From an uncultured delta proteobacterium (GTDB lineage: Bacteria > Myxococcota_A > Polyangia > Fen-1088), in NCBI GenBank assembly GCA_963796685.1, contig CAWCMR010000005.1, positions 224,001 through 288,000 of the forward strand: a stretch of 64,000 bases of DNA. Direction: 5' to 3'. The notes beneath the pieces are model-generated. The model saw nothing but the letters and a program-made list of their open reading frames with translations. It searched no databases and was not told the origin of the DNA. This document shows, piece after piece, positions 56,931 through 64,000 of the stretch (positions are counted from its first letter, which is position 1; every line of letters starts with the position of its first letter). The position numbers were made by a program, and so were the translations under genes.

Positions 56931-58763
56931 ATGCGCGCAACGCTGCTTCTCCTTTGCCTCGTACCAGCCTGTCTCCCCACAGAGCCCAAGGTGGTTAGCT
57001 GCACCAGCGACACCGAGTGCACGGCGATTGCCGCTGGCCTTCGCTGCGACCAGCTTCAGCACGTGTGCACCTGCGAGGGCACATCTTTCCCAGGATGTGA
57101 AAAGCCTGGCGACGGCGGACTACTCGCAGACGGTCCAAGCGACGCGCCAGTGCCGCCGGCCGATGTGGGCGAGCCGCCCGATGGCCCCGCGGAGGTGCAG
57201 ATTCCGGACGCGCCTGAGGATTCGGCGGTACCCGATACCGCTGTCGACACGCGCGTTCCCGATGCCGCGGGAACCTGCGGCGTGGACAGCGATTGCCCGA
57301 GCCCGGCGAGATCGTTCTGCGTGGCCGGCGTTTGCACCGGCTGCACTGCTAGCCTATGCGCTTCGCGCATCGACGGTGGAACATCCGTCTGCGCGACGAG
57401 CGGAACCCTCGCCGGCCAGTGCGTGGACTGCGTGGCCGACGGGCAGTGCACGAGCAGTCCCGGCAAGCCATTCTGCGTGAACAACACTTGCACGGGCTGC
57501 TCGGCGGTCCTGTGCGCGGGCAAGGTCGACGGTGGGGCGTCTTCGGTGTGCGCGACGACGGGAGCGGCCGCGGGCCAGTGCGTGGAGTGTGTGGCCGACG
57601 CCCAGTGCATGACGAACCCCGCGAGAGCTTTCTGCGTAAGCAACGCCTGCACGGCCTGCACCGCAACCCTTTGCGCCGCCCGTACGAACGGCAAGACCGT
57701 CTGCGCTGCCACTGGAAGCGTCGCCGGCCAGTGCGTGGAGTGCGTCGACAACACAGGATGCACCGCCAACCCGGCGAAGGGCTTCTGCGTGGCGAACGCG
57801 TGTACCGCCTGCACGTCAACCCTGTGCGCCGGCCGCACGGACGGCAAGACCACCTGCGCTTCCAGCGGATCCTTCACCGGCCAGTGCGTGGCGTGTACGA
57901 GCAACGCCCAGTGCACGGGCACGACCCCCATCTGTGCCAGCGCGACCGACGTGTGCCGCGCATGTGGCTCCGATACCGAATGCACGGGGATCGGTCCCGG
58001 CGTGTGCATGACCGACGGTCACTGCGCGGCGGACTTGGAGACAGTCTACGTCGGAACCAGCGGAAACACGACCTGCTCCGACACCACGGGCACAGGGGGC
58101 GTCTCGGCGCCGGTGTGTTCGGCCCAAAACGGCGTGACCATCGCGAAGACTGGGTCCAAGTCGGTCGTGCTCGTCAGAGGCGCCCTGACCCCACCACCAG
58201 CAGGCTTCACCACGACCATCGCCATCTCCGCGCCTTTGACCATCGTCGGCAGAGCCGGCGCCGTTCTCACCGCCGCTGCTGGTGCCGACGCCATCACCAT
58301 CACCTCGGGCGACATCACCCTGCGCAACCTGACCATCCAGGGCAACGCCACCCCCGCGACCGGTATCGGCATCACTGCTCAGCCCACCCCCGGCTCCACC
58401 GTCACCCTTCACATGGACACCTGCGCCGTCACGAACAACCCCGGCGGCGGCATCCTGCTCAACGGCGCCGCCTTCGACATCCAGAACACGACGGTGACCG
58501 ACAACGGGCCGGGCACGTCAGGCGTCGGGGCCTCGTATGGCGGCATCAGGATCGAGTCCCTTCCCGCGACCGGCCCGACCAACCTCAGCCTGGTGACCAT
58601 CCAGAACAACAAGCAGGTCGGCCTTTCGTGCTCCGCGCTGATCGCCGGAGCCGGCGTGCTGGCCAGCGGAAACGTGGGCGGCATCGACATCAACACCACC
58701 TGCAACGTCACCGCCTGCACGCCCGCGAGCACGACTTGCGGGGCACAGTCCACGCCGCAATGA
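56931..58763 (+). CDS. Cys-rich repeat lipoprotein with C-terminal right-handed beta-helix
   Basis: LLLCLVPAC lipobox; about four GQCVEC..D.QC...P...FCV.N.C repeats; ITLRNLTIQGN / IQNTTVTDN beta-helix repeats. Confidence 0.8.
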   Translation: MRATLLLLCLVPACLPTEPKVVSCTSDTECTAIAAGLRCDQLQHVCTCEGTSFPGCEKPGDGGLLADGPSDAPVPPADVGEPPDGPAEVQIPDAPEDSAVPDTAVDTRVPDAAGTCGVDSDCPSPARSFCVAGVCTGCTASLCASRIDGGTSVCATSGTLAGQCVDCVADGQCTSSPGKPFCVNNTCTGCSAVLCAGKVDGGASSVCATTGAAAGQCVECVADAQCMTNPARAFCVSNACTACTATLCAARTNGKTVCAATGSVAGQCVECVDNTGCTANPAKGFCVANACTACTSTLCAGRTDGKTTCASSGSFTGQCVACTSNAQCTGTTPICASATDVCRACGSDTECTGIGPGVCMTDGHCAADLETVYVGTSGNTTCSDTTGTGGVSAPVCSAQNGVTIAKTGSKSVVLVRGALTPPPAGFTTTIAISAPLTIVGRAGAVLTAAAGADAITITSGDITLRNLTIQGNATPATGIGITAQPTPGSTVTLHMDTCAVTNNPGGGILLNGAAFDIQNTTVTDNGPGTSGVGASYGGIRIESLPATGPTNLSLVTIQNNKQVGLSCSALIAGAGVLASGNVGGIDINTTCNVTACTPASTTCGAQSTPQ

Positions 58764-58791
58764 CCAATGCTCCTTGGCCACGCAACACTTA

Positions 58792-60119
58792 GGTCTCGCG
58801 CGAAAATAACTGATCGCATTAGTCTGATTGCGGCGTGACTGTGTAGTTCCAGTCACCTCTGAAACGGGCGGGGCGAAGATTGACGGCTTCCATCTCCTCG
58901 TGTGCGACCTTGATTCCCTTTTTGTACGAGTTCCGGTCGGCGGCGGCGCGGATGTGGAGGCCCCGCTTTGTCGTTGTGGCTCCAATCAGATTGACGACGG
59001 TTTCGAGAGTCTCAAGCGGCCTCCCCCTCCAGTTCGCGGTGATGTGGCAGAACATCCGGTGTTCGATCTTGTTCCACTTGCTCGTCCCAGGCGGGTAGTG
59101 CGCTACTTGTATCCGCAATCCGCTCTCGTCCGCGAATTCCTGAAGTTCTGTCTTCCAAAGACGCACTCGTGCCCCGTTGCTGCCACCTCCGTCCGCAGTG
59201 ATGAGCAGCTCCTCCGCTTCCGGATACACTGCCTTGCCCATCCTCTTCCACCAACGACGGATGGTTTCCACTGCAAACTCGGCGGTGTCGTGGTCAATCC
59301 CCACGCTCACCCAACCCTCGTTCCTTGCGAGGTCGTACACGCCATACGGAATCGCCTTGCCGAGTTCCTTGTCAATGAAGTCATGAACCCGGACGGGAAC
59401 CGGCGAACCCTTCGGCTCCCATTCGCGGCCTCCGTTCTTGAAATCGCCCAGGTTCTCCTTCTTTTTGGTGTCGACAGAGATTACAGGCAGCCCCTTCGAC
59501 TGGAACTCCTTCGCCCGGCGGTTGATGTACTCGAACTGGGCATCTCGGTCTGGATCCTGCTTGCCCTCTCTGGTCTTGTGGTTTGCCTGCAGACTGTAGT
59601 CCAGATCCACCAGTAGCTCTCGCACCTTGGTTGCGCTGACCGGGTGCCCCTGCGCTGTCAGTTCTTCAGCGAGGCGCCGCGTGCCTTTGCTTGTCCAACG
59701 AAGCGGCGATTCCGGATCTCCTCGTGTAGCGGGGTCGATCAGACGCTCAAGGGCTTTGACCAGTTCTGGGTCCTGATCCTCAATGCGTTTGCGCCCAGCA
59801 CCGGGGCGGCGCACCCTCTGTTCGCATGGTGCCGCCAATGGCGGCGTCTCCCGCTGCACCTGCAAATCTCTTTTCCCTGCAACGATTCTCTTGTGGCGCA
59901 GGCCGGTCGCGCGAGTGACGATGGCGACGCCGCCGCGACCCAGTGATTCTGCTTCCGCTGCGGCCCACAGTCGAATCTGGCGCTCATTCAAAATGGGCGT
60001 CAGATCACAAAAGAGCTTTCGAACCCGTTCCACTTCGTCCATATTGCGACACTCTTCCCTTTGAGTGCACAATATACGCAATTGTCCCTATATGCGCTCT
60101 TTTATTTACGCGCGAGACC
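58792..60119 (-). mobile_element. ISAzo13-family insertion sequence (1328 bp)
   Basis: Terminal inverted repeats GGTCTCGCGCG(A/T)AAATAA; TTA target duplication at 58789-58791 and 60120-60122. Confidence 0.92.
58819..60042 (-). CDS. ISAzo13-family DDE transposase
   Basis: TRGDPESPLRWT, ISVDTKKKE, ITADGGGSNG, HYPPGTSKWNKIEHR; ATG 60042 preceded by AAGAG. Confidence 0.93.
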   Translation of the reverse strand: MDEVERVRKLFCDLTPILNERQIRLWAAAEAESLGRGGVAIVTRATGLRHKRIVAGKRDLQVQRETPPLAAPCEQRVRRPGAGRKRIEDQDPELVKALERLIDPATRGDPESPLRWTSKGTRRLAEELTAQGHPVSATKVRELLVDLDYSLQANHKTREGKQDPDRDAQFEYINRRAKEFQSKGLPVISVDTKKKENLGDFKNGGREWEPKGSPVPVRVHDFIDKELGKAIPYGVYDLARNEGWVSVGIDHDTAEFAVETIRRWWKRMGKAVYPEAEELLITADGGGSNGARVRLWKTELQEFADESGLRIQVAHYPPGTSKWNKIEHRMFCHITANWRGRPLETLETVVNLIGATTTKRGLHIRAAADRNSYKKGIKVAHEEMEAVNLRPARFRGDWNYTVTPQSD

Positions 60120-61074
60120 TTAGCCTATCCCACGGGATCGCCGACGAGAACGAGGTCCTCCTCGTCTCCTCGATCCGATGGATCGCCGTGCGCGCCGAAG
60201 GCGGCTACCGCGAGATAGACACTCGCAAGGCGCTTCGGATGCTGGAGAATCTGGATCGCCGCCGCTCGATGGATGCGCGCGGCTTCGTGGCCGAGGTCCG
60301 CATCGGCAACTTCCTTCTTTCTCGGATGGACGATCGTGAAGTCCTCAACCTGATACGCGAGGCCATCCGCGACGGCCACGTGATCGCTGTCCAGAAAGGC
60401 GCGGCGGAGTCCGACAGCCCCGGTGCCACGGTCGAGCCGCGCCGGCTGGTCGCGCAGGTCGAGAAAGCAACGCGCGGCAAACTGTCCTTCCGCGGCCGCC
60501 AGTACAAGCTGGTCGTCGGCGACGACTTGGCCAAGGTGCCTGGCCGCGACTCCTACGACGTCGTGTTCCAAACCGATGCCAGAGCCGTGCTCGACGGTAT
60601 CGCCAAAGAGTCGGCCACCTCCGCGGAGCCTCTGCGCAAGGCCAGCGAGAGGATCGGCAAGGACTGGCGTCCCCCATTCTCGCAACCCGAGGGCTTGGTG
60701 CTATTACGGCGAATTCCAGTCCTGGCGTCCGTGCCCAAGGACGACGGCCCGGCGCTCACGCCGTCGCAGATGAAGGCGCTGCTTGACCCGCAGAAGCCCG
60801 ACGACCTCGTGCTGCGGTTGGAGCACCTTTATCACGATGACCGTCCCGTGCACGAAGCCCCCTTCACCGTCGAGTTGAGCGACGGCAGCCGCATTACGGG
60901 AAAGCTTGATGCCAAGGGCCGCGCGACGGTTCACGTTCCGGTCGTGCCCACCAGGGTGCAATTCGGGCCGGATAGCCGGCCGTGGAAGCAGATCGAGCAG
61001 AAGAGCAACCCCGACTACCAAGAAGAGCTGGACGACATCGACGGCTTCATCGACTCGCATCTGGGCACGTCGAC

Positions 61075-62478
61075 ATGAACGAGGCCGAGAAGAAATCGAT
61101 CGTCGCCGAGGTGGGGGGCTGGCTGTGGGGCATCGTCGAAGGCGGCTTCAACGAGCAGCAGACCATCAGCCAGATCATCGTCGATGCCATGATCGGAATG
61201 ATTCCGCTGGTGGGCGACGTGACGGCCGTGCGCGATCTGATCGCGGTCATCCTTCGTCTGGTCGAGCACCCGGAAAAGCGCAAGGACAAGCTGGAGTGGC
61301 TGACGCTGGTCCTGCTTTTGCTGGCGCTGATTCCGGTCTTCGGCGGCGCCATCAAGGGGGGTGGCAAGCTGGTCATCCGGGCCAGCGAAGGAGCAGGCAA
61401 GCACGCCGAAATCCTGCGCGACATCATTCAGTTCCTGAACCGCATCGGGGAAGGCAACGCGGTCAAATTCATCAAGGAGCTGAGCTTCGAGAAGTACACC
61501 GGCGAGGTCTTGGGCCAGTGGCACAAGCTGGTCCAGCGAATCGACGACGTCATCGAGGGCGTTCTGCGCCACACCCGCATCGTTCTTCACGATGCCATGA
61601 TCGATCGCCTTCGCCAGATCCAGCGTGGCCTTCGCGAGTTGCGCGCCAAGGGCGAAGAGATGATTCCCGAATCGCTCAAGGAATTGAATCGCCGCCTGAA
61701 AGAAATTCAAAAGCATGTCCACGAGGGCGACTGGCACGAGATCCCGTCGAGCCTGAGCAGCAAGACACGTGAGGCGGAGGCGCGGTTGGTGGAGGACGTA
61801 GTGGACGGGAAGCCACGCAAGGTGTGGGAGCTCGAAAACCCGCCGTTTCCGCCGAATGTCGCCGAAGACTTTCGACCGGCGAAGGACTGGCCCAACCTGA
61901 AGAAATCTCCTTGGCTCCAGGAAAAGACTATCGCGACCTTCAGCGGTCCGATGCGGGCTGTGAAGATCCCGGCGGGTACCCGGATTTACCGGGTTCTGGG
62001 ATCGAAATCCAACAAAGCAGGAGGCTTCTGGCTCTACAAGCTACCCAAGGACGGGCCGTCGTGGCGAAAGGATTGTGCGGTCCTCGAATTCTGGAGCGAC
62101 AACGGCTACGTCATCGAGCTGGTAGTCCCAGAGGGTGGCATCTACGCGTGGGAAGGCAAAATTGCATCCCAGATTGAAAACAAGGGTGGGGAGACGTTCG
62201 GCCAGTTTCTTCCAGGCGGCGACACCCAAATCTTCGTCGACTTCACGTTCAACGAAGCGAACTGGGCGGCGCGAGAAGAAGTCCTGAAGCTCACGCCTCA
62301 GAAGACCAACTGGACCGGCCTTTCGGGCATCAATGTCCCGGGAAAGAACGTCACCGTGCAGAAGCTTGGCCCGAATGAAATCGAAACCAAGAAGGCTTCA
62401 ACGGCCGCGGCCGAGGGGCAACGAGCCGTACACGCTCAAGAAAACGGCGATGCGGAGAAACAAAAGGGAGAAAAGTGA
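61075..62478 (+). CDS. Polymorphic toxin, paralog of 35615-37027
   Basis: MNEAEKKSIVAEVGGWLWG...; near-identical N-terminus and more divergent catalytic region; ATGA overlap with the adaptor. Confidence 0.78.
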   Translation: MNEAEKKSIVAEVGGWLWGIVEGGFNEQQTISQIIVDAMIGMIPLVGDVTAVRDLIAVILRLVEHPEKRKDKLEWLTLVLLLLALIPVFGGAIKGGGKLVIRASEGAGKHAEILRDIIQFLNRIGEGNAVKFIKELSFEKYTGEVLGQWHKLVQRIDDVIEGVLRHTRIVLHDAMIDRLRQIQRGLRELRAKGEEMIPESLKELNRRLKEIQKHVHEGDWHEIPSSLSSKTREAEARLVEDVVDGKPRKVWELENPPFPPNVAEDFRPAKDWPNLKKSPWLQEKTIATFSGPMRAVKIPAGTRIYRVLGSKSNKAGGFWLYKLPKDGPSWRKDCAVLEFWSDNGYVIELVVPEGGIYAWEGKIASQIENKGGETFGQFLPGGDTQIFVDFTFNEANWAAREEVLKLTPQKTNWTGLSGINVPGKNVTVQKLGPNEIETKKASTAAAEGQRAVHAQENGDAEKQKGEK

Positions 62479-63398
62479 TGTCGAGGTACGATCCCAAAGT
62501 CACCCGCTTGACTGGACAAGAGATTTCCATTGCGGCCGACGACATCGCCCGTGTGACGTGGATGGTCAAACGTTTCACATCGCTGACTTACATCCAGCGC
62601 ATGGCATCGCTGTTCTTCAATTTCGTGGCCGGGTACGAGGAGTTCGCCCGGCGAGACCCGACCTCGGAACGAGCGCCCGCCTTCCGAGCGAACCTAGCCG
62701 ACTTGTACAAGCAGCAGTCGATACTAACCGATGGCATCGAGTTGATTCGACGGCGTAGCAGCCTCGGGTATGCGAAAACCCTTTGGGGCTGCGCTTTGGA
62801 AGATCTTCTGGTGGGACGACCAGCGGAATTTGGAATGAACTTCGACGACGTCGGCTGGCAGTTCTATCCCTACCCGCCGGAGGGCCTATTCGCATGGGCC
62901 GTGGTGGCTGCCGGCATGGCTGCAAAGGTCGACAAGACCCTTCGCGGGTTGTGGGCATTTCCCGACGCTGCACGACCTGATGGCGTCACGTTTCCACCGG
63001 CGGAAGGACTGCCCCCTGCGCCCAAACCGAAGGGGCTATCGATCAAGACCGGGGAGAGCGTGCCTGTCTCAGGCATCTGGATGCCCGCGTTGCCCAGCGG
63101 CGCACCGAACTATCTTTGGGAAGGCAACAATGCGTGGGAAGGACAAAGGCTAGTCCGGCAGATTGACGATCCCGAGGTCGTCGACGAGGATATGCCACAG
63201 GCCGCAAAAACCTATTACGGCTACGACACCGAGCCTACGACCTGGACGCTCCTGTGGGAGGACGACCGCTACAAGGATGGCAAGGTGCCCGACGAAGAAG
63301 CGACCTATCTCGATGCCTCGACCGAGCCGCCGCCCTGGCCGCCGGTGGTGCCACCGGGAGGCGCGAAGCTGAAGCCACCGATCTTCCGGGGCAAATAG
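62478..63398 (+). CDS. Imm71/Imm72-like immunity protein, paralog of 34665-35615
   Basis: WMVKRFTSLTYIQR; KTGESVPVSGIWMP...GAPNYLWEG; WEDDRYKDGKVPDEE. Confidence 0.78.
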   Translation: MSRYDPKVTRLTGQEISIAADDIARVTWMVKRFTSLTYIQRMASLFFNFVAGYEEFARRDPTSERAPAFRANLADLYKQQSILTDGIELIRRRSSLGYAKTLWGCALEDLLVGRPAEFGMNFDDVGWQFYPYPPEGLFAWAVVAAGMAAKVDKTLRGLWAFPDAARPDGVTFPPAEGLPPAPKPKGLSIKTGESVPVSGIWMPALPSGAPNYLWEGNNAWEGQRLVRQIDDPEVVDEDMPQAAKTYYGYDTEPTTWTLLWEDDRYKDGKVPDEEATYLDASTEPPPWPPVVPPGGAKLKPPIFRGK

Positions 63399-63422
63399 CT
63401 GACGTTCGGAGAGGAGTCGAAG

Positions 63423-63908
63423 ATGAGAGGTTTGCGCTTGCTCATTCTCTTGGCGCACGCGTTAGCGGCGGCCCAGGGATCCGCAAAGTGGGTCGAGGCG
63501 CCTACAACGCGTTCCCTCCCAGGCCAGGAATCTGTCCGTGCCAAGACCTATTTCGACGACTCATTTGGCAGGAAGAAAGGGAAGTTCAAGGCTGAATATG
63601 AGTCTTTTCTTGAGGGAAAGGACTTCGTCGAGGGCGAGCTCTTGGTTGCGCGGTTCCGCTACGTCTACGCGGTGCCCAACACCAGCGACTCATACCTATA
63701 CCCTACCCACGACGAGTCGATCACCGAGGTGCTACTAGACTGCACGAACCACTTCAGCGGCACAATCTCGACGACCTATAAGTTGAAGGGCAAGGTCGTG
63801 AAGCACGACGAAGCCAGTGACCACGATCTTCTGATGGTGCAGTATTCTGGACCCGGCACCGTCGCAGATCTGTGCACGTTCGCTAGGAAGCGAAGGGCGG
63901 TGCCTTGA
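63423..63908 (+). CDS. Secreted hypothetical protein (two-Cys, possibly surface-adhesin-E-like)
   Basis: GAGGAG RBS, signal peptide, LLDC...DLC Cys pair. Confidence 0.65.
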   Translation: MRGLRLLILLAHALAAAQGSAKWVEAPTTRSLPGQESVRAKTYFDDSFGRKKGKFKAEYESFLEGKDFVEGELLVARFRYVYAVPNTSDSYLYPTHDESITEVLLDCTNHFSGTISTTYKLKGKVVKHDEASDHDLLMVQYSGPGTVADLCTFARKRRAVP

Positions 63909-63935
63909 TGCGCTCCACGACATCCAGATCACGTT

Positions 63936-64000
63936 CTGCGGAAGGACGACGCTGCAAAGAGGGGCAAGGTGCCCGATGAGGGAGCGACCTATCTCGATGC
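63936..64000 (+). pseudogene. Degenerate copy of the 3' part of the immunity gene (runs off the window)
   Basis: CTGCGGAAGGACGAC...GGCAAGGTGCCCGATGAGGGAGCGACCTATCTCGATGC aligns with 63252-63316 with small indels. Confidence 0.75.

Larger units (their letters stand above)
58767..61078 (+). pseudogene. Carrier/adaptor paralog of 37024-38001 interrupted at codon 8-9 by ISAzo13
   Basis: Removing the IS restores MLLGHATLSLSHGIADENEV, colinear with MLLRRGTLSLFRTMADEDEV; the remainder (60123-61078) is open. Confidence 0.85.

Overview
High-GC window that looks like an accessory/conflict region of a Myxococcota-type deltaproteobacterium (many eukaryotic-like Ser/Thr kinases, an FHA-sigma54 activator, Cys-rich repeat lipoproteins, NfnAB); this taxonomy is inferred from gene content only. 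Left to right: (i) a XerD-like recombinase + CHC2/Toprim primase-ATPase + XRE module next to the 3' end of a 3015-aa lipoprotein-anchored SpvB/FG-GAP/Rhs toxin with a small membrane immunity candidate and a near-consensus sigma54 promoter; (ii) a repeat-flanked four-helix-bundle gene, an FHA-sigma54 activator and a convergent kinase-cyclase-like-STAND-TPR gene; (iii) a decayed island at tRNA-Arg(CCG) with a truncated P4-like integrase and arm-type repeats; (iv) a 22-aa double-glycine-type peptide gene missing from the ORF track (MKKKAGLKVKTKVRSGGGLWPR), convergent with a second kinase-STAND-TPR gene whose TPR region has foreign base composition, which I propose as a candidate peptide-receptor signalling pair; (v) VapBC, toxin remnants and two inverted paralogous adaptor-toxin-Imm71/72 cassettes, one interrupted by ISAzo13; (vi) nfnAB followed by about 8.7 kb of surface-protein genes and a second copy of the nfnB 3' half; (vii) a kinase cluster with an alphaCTD/sigma4 protein. 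All family calls come from motif recognition by eye, not database searches.
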